DNA of 64,000 bases from Massalongia carnosa. Taxonomy: Eukaryota. The first letter of the stretch is position 1. Each line of letters begins with the position of its first letter. The position numbers and the translations under genes are program-made. Where the stretch lies: assembly GCA_965645245.1 (NCBI GenBank), contig OZ287069.1, forward strand, positions 3,100,001 to 3,164,000, given 5' to 3'. The notes beneath the pieces were generated by a model that did not search any database, was not told the origin of the DNA, and saw nothing but the letters and a program-made list of their open reading frames with translations. Shown in pieces: positions 51,846-64,000 of the stretch.

Positions 51846-53594
51846 TCACAGCACCCCTCCAGGTAATTGGATGCCCCCGCCCGTGTGACCCCTTGCACCC
51901 ACTCCGTCGAAATCCCTCTGTCCGCCACTGCCTCCACCCAGTCCCGCTGACCCGCTACCGCCTGCGCCCCCAGTCCCAGCGCTACTGGGGCCCGAATGGC
52001 CCTCCACGGGCGCGGCGTGCCTCCGGAGCATGAACATGGGTTTCCTCCCCTCCCGATCCAGCTGCTTGAACAGAATAAGCGGTTTCTCGTCCAAGCCAAG
52101 GCAGCGCTCCTGGTCCCCATACACAATATACAGCGCGTATTGCCGCCAATCGGCGTGGATTTGGTATTTTTTCAGCGCGGCGGGGAGCACTTTGTGACAT
52201 GGATCCTCCATGCTGACACGGAAGGACTTGAAAATTTCCACGCTGTGCGGATCACCGCGGCTGCTGCTGCCGCCGGAGGAAGGCATCGCGTCGTCTAGGC
52301 CGTTGTTGTCCCGGGTGGGTTGGCGGGTTCGAGCGGTACTGGAAACGACTGGGGTTGGAGTTGGGTTGCGGGGGTCGCGGTCGCGGTCGTTCACCAAGGT
52401 CGATGCGCCCGAGGGGTAGGCAACGTGGGGAAGTTGATCATCGGGGTAATAGGGTCGCGAGGTGCTGGGAGTATGAACTTCGCGAAAGGTGCGCGGATTG
52501 AGTTTCGGCTGTTGCTGTTGCTGTTGGGCATAATTGTTGGGGGAGGTGGGCGAAGGGATGTTGACCTGGTTGGGCGAGGTGGCCGGCTGCGATCCGCCGT
52601 TGATGGAAGGGATAAGATGCGATGCCGCGGCGGCCGCTGCTGCAGAGGGGTCGAGATTCGAAGCGTCAGCCATCGGTTTCCCTTCCGGTATCGATGGGGG
52701 CATGTGGGTTGGGGAGTTGTTCTTCGGCGTCGAGCCGAGGAACAGCCTTTTGGTGGAGAACTTGCGAGATAGTCCGCCGCTCGGCTTCTCTTGCGGCACC
52801 TGTGACACCATCGAGGGCACCATGTCTTCGGGCCCGTTGTTTTGGAGGCTCGGACTCGCGCTGGGTGGGGGGTAGGGCAGCGGCTGCGGCTCTTTTGCCA
52901 TGCGGAACACGGGCAGCAGATCATCGCGCAGTTTGCGGTACTCTTCCGTGATTTTGCGCAGTTCGTTTTCAGCAAACTGAATTCGACGGTCTCGAATCTC
53001 GATCGACTTGATGATACGGGAAATGTCTTCTTGCGTCGCCATTTGGTCATGCAGGCTTGCGTCGGCGGCTGAAACAATTAGCGAATAGATTGAACAAGTC
53101 AGAGGCCAAACCCACAGGGTGGGATATAGTGATCGGATTCAACAAGTATTTCTTGCTTCACTTTGAAGTCGTACACCCCTTTCAGTATCGTGAGTCGATG
53201 CCCCACGCTTATAATCCCCATCTCTTTCAATTCTTCGTGCCTCAAGGCGATTAAAGCTTCCCCCACAATTTCGTTCTCTAGGTCATTCGATCAGCATCAC
53301 CTTCGGTCTACCCAGTCGTAGCGACGTACCTAGAAACTTTTCGCAATATTGAGGTAAACCCAAACTCGAGACATAATCTGCACACTGCCCTGCTGTCCAT
53401 TCCAGAATCAGGTTCACCGGAGAGAGCTTGTCCGTATCGTTATGGCCAAATGTTGGCGTGGGTTCTGTCGAAGGGGGATCGGAATCGGTCGGGGAAGTAT
53501 CATCGTCGGTAGGGAGGCGGGGTGAAGCCAGGACGCTTCGTTCGTATTCGTCGTCAGCATCTGAATCGGCGTAGTGCGCGGTAGGAATCGCCAT
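51846..53594 (-). CDS. STE50: MAPK adaptor Ste50 (SAM + Ras-association domains), 3 exons
   Basis: SAM domain (WTAGQCADYV..LGLPQY..ENEIVGEALIAL..GHRLTILK) and RA domain (FKSFRVSMEDPC..YALYIVYGDQERCL); ends PGGVL. Confidence 0.95.
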
Positions 53595-55588
53595 TTCCGT
53601 AAAGAGCTAGTTCATGGCAAACCGAAAGCGTGCTCGTCGCTCACGCTCCTAGGGATGAGCGACGCCAGCCAGCCTCGAAGGTTAAAACCAACTCGCAATG
53701 GCCCAGCTGCAAGGATTTTGCGTTTTGAGTGATGGAATGTAGTGTTGAATGTGTGGTGTGGAGGTCGAGACTGATCACAAGCGATTGCGGCAAGGAGAAC
53801 GACAAACGGCGGGTCTTATTGGACTCGATCAACTTGGCCGACTCGGGTGGACGAGAGGTTAGTTAGTTACCTTGACAGCGGATGGAGCAGACTGAATGGG
53901 AATGTTTGATGAGAGCTTAAGGGAAGAGGTTGAGATAGCAGCTGGCAAGATGTCTGTTCGAGGGGGTATCGTGTGAAGTGTGAAGTTGAACGTGTACGCT
54001 ATAGGGTGTAGGCTGTACTTCGGTAGTGGTGTTGTGATGGTGATTGACTAGCTTATTGATTCTCTATCGTATCCGTATGTTGGTGAGGTACAGAGTTACT
54101 TCGCATCCTTGACCGACGCCTGTCATCCCGAAATAGCTAGCCGTGGCCGCAAAGACCCTAGCGTGAACGGCCCGCAGGATTAGCGCGTATTGCTCAGGGT
54201 GGGTGACTAAGCTCATGAGCGCATGGCGGCGTCTGTGCGTCTTGGCCGTCTTGGCGTCTTGGCGTACGAAGTACTTCGTACACAGTAGTTACTCGGTACG
54301 TCGACTGCTCGATACTCGGTTACCCATCCACGCCCATCTATGCCCTAACTACCTACCTACTCGGTCCTCGTATACCCGTGTCTAGGCTACAGCTCGTTTG
54401 TGCCCAGTTATTCTGTGCATGTGTCAAAGATAGCGAGGATTTTATGTTCTGAATGAGGTAGGTGATATCAATAAGAACACTGCACGCGGAGAAAGATATG
54501 TACAAATAAATCCCTGGCACTCGTGCCTGGGCTGTCATCTGTTCTAAATCCGTCTTAGCGCCGGCAGCAAGAATTCTCCGAAAGTTCGCAGAAAATACTC
54601 GGTACTTCGCGAGCACCTCCTACTCCGAGTCTCCCTCCGTCTCTCTAGCACCGGAATCTCCGAGTTGGAGTCGGATATCAACAGCTCACCCGCGTCCATA
54701 GCCGTAAGCCCTGGAGTGATATTGTTCCCACCCAAAAGTTGGATATCTCCTCGTCGCTATCGTATGGTAGCGACGGCGGTGGTGATGATGATGAGTCCAA
54801 CACTAACCAGGTACCGCAACCAAACCAGAAGAGCGATGTGGACGCTTAACAGAATTAGCGCTCTACTGAGCGTAATTATGATGACGAAGCTGCTATCAAG
54901 ACCTGTATTAAGGGCTACCTGTTGGACGGTGCGGAAGAGTTGGTGGACAAGGATATGGTCCGTAGTTAGCGTGACTGGTCGTATACCGATTGGATTTCCT
55001 ATTGACGAGTGTGTTATATATTGATAGGTAGGAGTAGGTTGAAGTTTTTGCTATGGATAGAGAGCTGGAAAACCCGCTGTTGTAATGATATCCAGATGGC
55101 CTTGGTCCACGTTCTGGTATATATAATGGCAGACTCAGACACAAATGCGCCAGTCAAACTAGCGCTGCCAGGATGACACAGGAACGCTCTGAGATCCGTA
55201 AAGCTGAATCATACCTGACTATAGACACTGATAGAGCACTTAGTATTTGATGGGGACCATTTGATCCATTAAACGTATTTCAATATTAAGATTCGCTAAT
55301 CCAGCGAAGCAGCCGATGCAAGCACTGGCTGATCGAATCGGGGACGATAGCATTTCATCCGACTAAGCAACGGCCGCGATTCACATCCAGCTTCGAGATT
55401 GTCGCATGCCTAAAAGGCTCTACCGGCCCCGCTCCGCAGCACCAGGCTGTTCAAATCCGGAGCAATTCCGGTATCGACGCTCTTTTCAGGAGCCTTCGTT
55501 CACTCCTCCTCCCACTAAAACTTACAGATACCTCACAGGCTCTTCGACGCACCATGCCAAGTTTGGAGAGGCTGGCTCTTCGCAATAC

Positions 55589-56437
55589 TCACACCAAACA
55601 CGCAAGCAGAAGAATCATAACAGGAACCGATGCAGCCCACCACGTGGCACGGGAGGTGCGGGAAGACGAGGAGGCGATATCTAAGATGGTACCTCCACCA
55701 CCCTTTCTGCTTGTATCTTTTCCTTTTGGGCCCGATGATGTGGATTCCGCAATCGCTTTGGTGGTGGTTGAAGGGACCGCGGTAAGTACTGATAAGGGAA
55801 TTGTGGAATCGGAGGCTAAATTCGTTGGTATTGGTTCTGGCTCTAATGATGACAAAGTTATGAAAACAGTCATGTAGGTATCGATGGACGTCAGAGGTGA
55901 CAAAGTTGTAGAGGTAGTCGAAGGAGTAGGCGTAGAAACGAAGCTAGTGAAGTCTGTTTTTGTCGCTTTCTGAGAGATAGGGGATTGCGCCTCTGAAGTT
56001 TGTAGGTCCGCCGTAGAAGAAGAACACGGGGAAGATTTAGTGGTAAAAGTCCTAGCCGTTCCCTCTCCTTCAACACCAGTATCACTTTGTGTTTCGGAAC
56101 CAGTTGACTCCAATGGACCTGGACAGAGAGCTGCGACAGCTTGCTTTGAGAGAATCATGCCAATCAAAGTTTTAGGTAAAGCCGTTGTCCCTTTGCAAGC
56201 CTCGTTGATAGAAATCGTGAGTTTTCCGAGGAACTGTATGCAGCCGGCAGAGCATGGCTGCAAATAGGACAACTCCGCCGGTGTGCACGCCGTGATAGGA
56301 GTGTTGTAAGCATTAGTGCAAGTTCTTGAAAAGCCAGAGATTAGCTGGAGATCTGAGAGCGTGAGCGCGCTGGAGGCTGGAATAAGCAGTGTGAGGGTCA
56401 GGTAAAGCGAAAGAAAGGCTCGGCGAGGGTGGCCCAT
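55589..56437 (-). CDS. Secreted Cys-domain, Ser/Thr-rich, probably GPI-anchored protein
   Basis: Signal peptide (MGHPRRAFLSLYLTLTLLIPASSA), Cys-rich N-domain, S/T stalk and hydrophobic C-terminal tail. Confidence 0.85.
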   Translation of the reverse strand: MGHPRRAFLSLYLTLTLLIPASSALTLSDLQLISGFSRTCTNAYNTPITACTPAELSYLQPCSAGCIQFLGKLTISINEACKGTTALPKTLIGMILSKQAVAALCPGPLESTGSETQSDTGVEGEGTARTFTTKSSPCSSSTADLQTSEAQSPISQKATKTDFTSFVSTPTPSTTSTTLSPLTSIDTYMTVFITLSSLEPEPIPTNLASDSTIPLSVLTAVPSTTTKAIAESTSSGPKGKDTSRKGGGGTILDIASSSSRTSRATWWAASVPVMILLLACLV

Positions 56438-57890
56438 CTTGAAGACCTTGGGATCCTTGAGTCTCGTGTTGGCAGCGTAAGAAACCAGCATAAAATTTCG
56501 AATGAGCAGATATACGGAACAGAGTCGGGTTCAGAAAATCTCAATGCGATCAACCTCGCTGGTAAGGATGGGGTTCCGGATCTGTTACAATATGCGTTCG
56601 AGATCTTATAAAGGTAGATATTACGTCGTAAGCGCCCGGCGACACGACAAACGTTGAATTGTATACCAGATACAATTGCTTAAGTACGAAGAGCTGAATC
56701 GTTGGGAGGGGGAAGGGGTAAAGATTATTGACGGAGCAAAGAGGCAAGGACCATGGGTTATAATGCTGGAGATGATATAGTAGGGATGCACGCACAGCGT
56801 TGCATGTAGATGGCCAACAAATGAAGTTGTTCGATTAGTCCCTTACCTGCAACCCCGACGTCATTAGAGAAAGAAACAATTCTTTGTTGGCTCACGATGA
56901 CCGCTGTGGGAGAGAGGATGAAAGAAAGCAAATGGAAATGGACGAAGGGAGTAGAAAGCGCGACGAAAGAACAACGAGAGAAGTGAGAGAGCGGGTTTCC
57001 TTCTTTAGACACCACAGCGGGGGCATCTCAACCACCTCAACCGTCTCAACCGTCCAGGCAGCCAGCAGTCGCTGCCCATCCTCCCTTCCAATGTCCAATC
57101 AAGGAGCGAGGGATGCATGGGGGCAGGCCGATGTCCAAAGGATGTTGGTTTGACGATGCGAGATGAAACGCCCGGAGACATGTGCCGAGGCATGGGAGAT
57201 CTTTTTATTGGCTATAAATACATCCTGGCATTGGATAAGACGTATCAGGTCAACGCTAGATACTGACACGGTGCCAGAGTCAGATACACTCCGCATGCCA
57301 CCGAAGACTTATAATGATGCATCCAAAAGCTTCAGTGAGTGTTGTTCAAGTTGCGCGGCAACTCAACTGCTTTATTTGGCTTGATACTTGTAATGCTTAG
57401 TTGTGCTGTCACCACTGCACTCGTCATCCGCATGAGTAACCGCATCACTTTGTCCATAAAACAAATTTAGAACAGAAAAGGGAGATAATTCATCCAAGAA
57501 GGACTTCTTCCTACGGAGGACAGAGAACGGTGTGGGCACAGAGGGGAGTACGCACCGTCTGGAGATGCGTTGGAATGCATCAGCCACACTGGCATTCATT
57601 CATCTGTACGGAGAACTCCGTACAGAGTAGCCCTTGCTGCGCCTCTGAAATAAGTTATTCACGTACTCTTTGTACTCGTACCGATGGCGTGGCCGCCCCT
57701 CACAAGCCACCTATGCGCGGGGTATGTATCCGTAAGCAAACGAGCGAAAACACATAAGGAAGCTAACTGCCATTTCATCGATCCTCATCTTCAAAATAAA
57801 AGTTCATTCTTAACCGAACTAGTATTCTCCATTCCATCCAACCACGCTCAAAGTAACTAGGCATCACTTATTATCATACGAATCACCGAG

Positions 57891-58648
57891 ATGTCGGATC
57901 CCTACAATCAATACCCCTCTACCTACGGGTCTCCAGCTCCCGGTTACCCGCCCCAAGGCCAGCACTACGATCAGTCCCAGGGTTATGCACAGGGACACCA
58001 AGGTTATATCCCTCCTACGCCGCAGTACGGCGAGGCACCTGCGGGCTATGGCCCACCAGATCGAGCGAACTCATATGGCCCTCCACAGCATGGTGGGTTC
58101 CAGCATGGTCAAGAAGGCGGCCAATTTGGTGCCTATGACGCAAGTAATCCGCAAGGCCACATGGGTTATTAGTAGGGGCTCTAGCAACACTTGGCTCATG
58201 GAAACTGAATGCTGATATGAAATTTAGTGGTACCCCTGGAGCACAGCAGCAACATACTCAAGCATATGGTGGTCAACCGAATCCCTCGGGGCAATATCCT
58301 CAAGAAGGCTCTTACAATCAGCAAGCATACCCACATGATCCCAATCATCCTCAGCAACAGCAGCATGAAGGATATCAAGATCCGAACTTACCACCTCGTG
58401 ATCCAAACGCACCATATGACCCCAACGCTCCAGAGGGTGAGCGTGGACTAGGTGGCGCTATCGCGGGCGGACTGGCAGGCCATTTTGCAGGAAACAGGAT
58501 GGGCAACCACGGACTGCTTGGAACCCTTGGTGGAGCTATCTTAGGTAGCAAGCTGCAAGACAAGTACAAGCAGAAACCTCAAGGTAGCAGCCAACATGGC
58601 TCTTCACACCACTCGGGTAGTGGGAGCAGCTGGGGAGGGAAGTGGTAG
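57891..58648 (+). CDS. Gln/Gly/Tyr/Pro-rich protein with a glycine-zipper 2TM motif
   Basis: Two exons (intron ~58172-58227); EGERGLGGAIAGGLAG...HGLLGTLGGAILGSKLQD. Confidence 0.85.
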
Positions 58649-59386
58649 GGCTTGGATTCTGCTTTTGCGTTTTCGGCGTGATGCAGGCGCTTAACGAACC
58701 TTTTAATTTCATGATATAAAGGCCGTGTTGGGTCAACGAGAATTCTGTCACTAAAGTTGGTGCTTTTAGATCTCTATCTGGAGATGCTCTTTGGAAGACA
58801 CGTTTGCATGTCCTTATAAAACACGTAGTCCTACAAGCACTTATATATTTGACCACAAACGTCGCAATTTGATGATCGTGTATGGTACTCGTACGCATGT
58901 GAAGGAACCCCGGGCGAGTTGAGTTGAGGAGACAATTATACATTGATTAGATGTATCTAGCCAGTTTGATGAGAGGATGACGAGACATTGACATGTAGAC
59001 ATGCGGGGTTTGATAGCGCGGCGAAGCTCCCTAATCGTGCTATGTATAGACCCTGATTCGGTTGGGGTTTAATGTTTTGGCACAATTAGAGTCCAAATGT
59101 GTCGCTAAACAATCGACCTTCTGTTGATCAAGCTGATTGTATTTACATCCTGTGAATCTAGTCGCGCAAAAGATCGTGTTTCTGAAGTCTTTGTGTTACC
59201 GAAATGTTGTTGATGCAGGGCTCCTGTCGTACTGTCCATTGAGCGTTTGCCTTATATATTCTGCAAAGCTGCATACCAAGTCGTCTATTCATAAACCTTC
59301 CCTCTTTCACATCCATCTGTTCACCGTCGGTGAAATATCTCTATCATCATCTCCATTGCTATCTATCGTTTCTTCTTTCAGTCATA

Positions 59387-62300
59387 ATGGAGATCGTTGT
59401 ACGGAATCTGCCAGATTCGATAACAGAGAAGCAAGTTGAGACATTTTTTCGCCCTGTTCTGACTAACCTTTCTATCAACTCTTTTCATTGCCGAAAGCTC
59501 AAGAATAGAAGCTTTGCGACCATTACTATTGTCGATATCTACAAGGCTCAGAAATTCCTTCAGCTCCATGGGCAGATGGCACCAGGTCGAGAGCATTTCG
59601 AGCAAGTCAAACAGAAATTATATCATATGAAAAGGCCCATCAGCTGCAGCAAAAGCACGGGGACTCCCGATAAATTCCTCCTTCAGAGCCTGGAAAGAGA
59701 AGAAAGCGAGAAGCTAACCGTGAAAGCTCGAAAGGCTAAGCCTTCGTCGAGCCGGGTGCAAGACCTTCAGCGGAAATTTGATATTGTCAGTCTGCATTGC
59801 GGTCACTGGGACTATCTTCAGGGGCGCCTAGTCTTCATGACGCACTTTCAAGAGCAGAGGGCAGGGACCATGATATTTAGGAAACAGGCGGTGACCATCG
59901 ATCTTCATCCAATAAATGACATTCAACCAGGCCATCGAGTGGAGGTGCCCTACGCTACTATTGAGTCATTTACCATAGGGAACCGAGCAATCCCTGCTGT
60001 GACTTATTCTCTTAGCGCACCTCCCAAACTCTTGGAGCATCTTGCGTTCTCCACCGTTGAAAGTATGCTGACTGAGAACATGAGGATCCTTGGTTTCCAA
60101 AAACAGCAGCCCACGTTCAAAAGAAAGAGGATCACGGCGCTCAGGAAGGGACACGAGGTGGTAGTGTCAAGCTGCCTGTGTTATCGCGTGATGCTGCAAC
60201 AGCCTCACGATATCCCATTTCTGCAAGCTTTAAAAAGGGCTACTGAGATCCCCGAGAGTATTTCCTGGGACACAACTCATATCCTAAAGTTCGACTTTCC
60301 CGCTCAGCTAAGTCGTTTAAACACTGTGCTGGGCGGGAGCCAATATGATAACGTTGCATTTGAAGTGAAATTTCAATTTCAGAGACTAGCTCAGATGGGA
60401 TATCTTCCTCCTGCCATTATTGTGGATCTCTTCAGAACCGTCTACCGCACCCCCTCTAAAATCGATCATGCTACGATGATTGCAGCAATTCGAAAACTCT
60501 CCAACCACATCCCATTCGCAGGTCCTGAAACAGAAGCCTCTGACCTCAGCGTGAAAACCCTGTCGAACTTACTAACTCAATATCAGGAATTAGCGGCAAG
60601 AGAATTATTGTACTCCAATCTGGCCGAAAAATACGAGCACATCGCCTTGATCCACAAAGTCAGCGTAACCCCAGTGGGGCTGATGCTCTCAGGGCCGGAA
60701 CCGGAGGTCATTAACAGGGTGCTCCGAAAGTTGGTTTATACACGTAGCCTTCCTGGACAAGGCTAGATACACTGACTTTCATCCCAGGTACTCTACATTT
60801 TCGAACTACTTCATTCAAGTCTCGTTTCAGGACGAAGACGGAGAGCCAATTAGGTACAACCGCGAAGTTTCGAACCAGGAGATTTATCGTGGGCGTTTTA
60901 AGAAGGTGCTTGAAGGCGTCATCAATATTGCTGGTCGTGGTTATGAGGTACGTCAAGTGATACATATACCCCCAGCTTACCCCGAGAAGATTAACGAGAT
61001 AGTTTCTTGGATTTTCTCATTCCTCCCTACGATCTCAAACCTGTTGGTTCATGGCACCCTTCACCCTTGACGGAGAACTCCTTCATGCCAGACTAGTGAT
61101 TTCTCGTCTTGGAAAATTTGATATGATTCGGTCGCCCGCAAAATGCGCAGCACGGATTGGGCAGGCATTTTCGCAAACCTTCAGCTCAATCAACCTTCCT
61201 CCTGAAGCTATTCAAGGAATCCCGGATATCAAGAGAAATGGCCGAGTATTTAGCGATGGGGTTGGAACCTGCTCTGTGTCGGTCATGGAGATGATATGGA
61301 AAGAATACACCCAGTCTCAAAACCTGAAGCCGACCGTTTTTCAAGTTCGTTTCCGAGGTAAATAGTTACCGTTCCATGAGTTCCATGAATATCAACATAA
61401 CAGGTGACGTAGGGGCCAAGGGTATGATATCTCTAGATAGCACCCTGAAGGGTGATGTTCTTCGTTTAAGACCGTCCATGATCAAATTCGAGGGACCCGG
61501 TGAAAGCATCGAAATATGCGGTGCTGGGCTCAAACCTTTGCCAATGTATTTGAACCGTCAAATCATCAAAATCCTGGAAGATCTTGGTGTATCAGAAAAT
61601 GCCTTTCTGGATCTTCAAGCGACTGCGGTGGAGAAACTACGCGTCACAACCGAGTCCCCTATTAACGCTGCAAACTTTCTGCAGCGGAATCATATTGGAA
61701 AGGCCGCAAGACTGCCTTGGTTGATTCGAAAACTTTTGGACCTTGATATTTTTTTCAATGACGACGATTTCCTTCGCAATACTCTTGAGCTCGCTGTGCT
61801 GATTCAGCTTCGAGAGCTGAAGCATCGTAAGTCATTATTTCAGATTTGTTAATAAGGTTGGATGGAAGGAATCAGGGTTTGAACTATGCTAATATCTGTT
61901 ATGCCGCAGGCTCCCGCATACTTGTTGAACAGGGTCTGACATTATATGGTGTGACCTTACAACTCTCTCGAAGAGGAAATGTGCTGACAGAAATATTAGG
62001 AATTATGGATGAAACAGGTTTCCTACAAGAAGGCCAAGTATACTGCCCAGTCCAAGATGAAAAAGAGAGTAATGTTCTTACAGGAAGTGTCGTGGTGACA
62101 AGATCTCCCGCTTTACATCCGGGGGACATTCAGGTGGCGGACGCAGTTGAAGTACCAATAGACTCCCCATTAAGAGCTCTACACAACTGCTTAGTCTTTA
62201 GCAGTAAAGGCGAACGTGATCTCCCGTCTCAACTCAGTGGGGGTGATCTAGATGGAGATTTATATAACATAATCTACCTCGATAGTCTCTATCCACGGAA

Positions 62301-63393
62301 GCCAGCAGATCCTGCCGACTACCCTATTGCCCCCCCGCTTGACATTAGACGGGAGGTGGTCCGCGCGGACATGACGACCTTTTTTATATCCTTCATGGAG
62401 AACGACCAGCTAGGTCGAATCGCAACGATGCATCAGACAGTTGCAGACCAGCAGGATCGGGGCACCTTCCATCCTGACTGTATCCTACTTGCCAGCCTGC
62501 ACTCTGCAGCGGTGGACTTTTCCAAAACCGGAATTCCCGTGAGTCGTCTCTATTGGTGAAACGACATTCATTGCTAAGATAATGCATAGGTCGATTTATC
62601 AAAAATGCCGCGCCATTCAAATGTCCGACCAGACTTTCAAGCACCGGGGCCCCGAGTCTTGATCGACGAAGAAATTACTCTGCAAGATGAGGATAAGGAT
62701 GAGTTTGAGGACAAGGATGACATTGCCGAGACCTCGATGCCCAGAATCCGATACTATGCAAGCAAGAAAGTGCTCGGGAAACTGTACCGAGCGATCGACG
62801 AGCAGCAGATCTTCGATCAAATTCAGCGGCAATCGAGAGCTCCTCGCGGCAGCTTGAGAGCCACCCAGAATGCCCTCGACGTGATCTGGAAGTATGTAGA
62901 GAAAGCGACGGCATTAATTCAATGGCATCATTACGAGGAGTTTGCAAAAGACGTCAAGGAAGCGTAAGCTATGATATCTCCATGAAAACTCTACTATTCT
63001 TTGGCTGATCATAACGGTCACCCCTGCAGCTACGAAGAAAATCTCACGGACACGATGATTAACTACTCAACCAACCCTCCCAATTTCATCTCCGAAATCG
63101 AGGTCTTTTGCGGCAACATCCTCGGCAAAAACGGCGTTCAAAACAAGCGGCAGCGGGAATTTTCTGTCAGCATGAAAGACAAGCACGAGCGTGACGTCAA
63201 TTACACAGTGGCGTGTATTATGCAAGGCAACGAGAAAGACGGCCGCGTGGAGGCGCTGGAGCGCTCGATTGCGTGCTTGGCCATTGCGTGTCGCACGTCG
63301 CGCGTACGGAGAAAGGTAGGTACGCTGGTGAGCTTTGGGTGGATCGCGGCGGCGGTGTGTTTGAAAGAGGTGGAGAAGTTCCAAGGAATTTAA
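59387..63393 (+). CDS. RNA-dependent RNA polymerase of the RNAi pathway (SAD-1/RRP-3-like), 8 exons
   Basis: N-terminal RRM-like region, FLGFSHSSLR, ARIGQAFS, FSDGVG, QVRFRGAKG, TRSPALHPGD and catalytic LSGGDLDGD. All seven introns are phase-consistent. Confidence 0.97.
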
Positions 63394-63489
63394 TAGGGAG
63401 TGTTTTCTGAACTTTTCCTTATCTTTTTCCTTCTATTTTCATTTCTTTATGATGTTCATCCATAGCGAGTGGGAAGGAGAATATTTAGT

Positions 63490-64000
63490 CCTCACCAGAT
63501 GAACTGGAGAAAGCAAACGGGATCGGTAGGTTCTCATCATGTCGACCACAATTCTCTTTGGAACGATCATGCCCATGTTTGACGAGACCACTTGGCATTA
63601 TGTACCTAAAGTCAATCCCCCGTGCCAAACTCCCTTTTTCTTTCCTTGCCCCAATAGGTAGTTGTCAGTCACAAGACCACAAACGATCACGAGCCGCTTT
63701 TCCCGAACCCTTATTCCACGTGACAACCCCCCCAGCTGATCGCTTTTAATCACCACCTCCCCCTACTTATCTTATCATCCACAACTGCAAAAACAACTCA
63801 TCGCAATCCCAAAATTCAACCACCTTACCCCGATCTCTTCCCCTCTCATCTTGTCCATCACCCTAGCTATTATCAAAACCGGCCTGAAACCCTCAGAATC
63901 CTTCAGAACTGCACGGAGGATGGAAGACGCACGACTTGAAAACCATTCCTCGTGCCCGAAATGTGGCGCGGGCATTAGCGAGGGGAAAACGTGCGGAAGT
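63490..64000 (-). CDS. Possible 3' end of a gene entering from beyond the window
   Basis: Open minus frame at the window end with a candidate GTAAGG donor after EEIG; no recognisable motif. Confidence 0.25.

Overview
Gene-dense genomic DNA of a filamentous ascomycete (Pezizomycotina), with short GT-AG introns and CTAAC-type branch points. Core genes: GFA/CENP-V protein, DHA1 MFS transporter, CDC48, PQ-loop transporter, zinc ADH, ENY2/Sus1-like protein, Ure2-type GST, PEX11-family protein, PIF1, EDC3, U-box cyclophilin, STE50, a GPI-type cell-surface protein, a glycine-zipper protein and an intact 8-exon RNA-dependent RNA polymerase. Four accessory or decayed blocks lie between them. (1) A Rep-deleted Helitron (~2.7-6.1 kb) carrying an in-frame solo LTR. 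(2) A decayed, RIP-like gene block (9.8-13.4 kb). (3) A ~4.4 kb island (20.2-24.6 kb) with two DUF3716-like Cys-cluster genes, a third decayed gene and two solo LTRs; the palindrome CGTACG occurs 17 times from 20175 to 24449, against about 5 seen by eye in the other ~60 kb. (4) An AT-rich repeat block (34-36 kb) followed by a frameshifted Crinkler-type NTPase plus restriction-endonuclease-fold gene. The CGTACG/DUF3716 island is the best candidate for an undescribed system. All calls come from reading the sequence by eye and recalling motifs; no searches were run.
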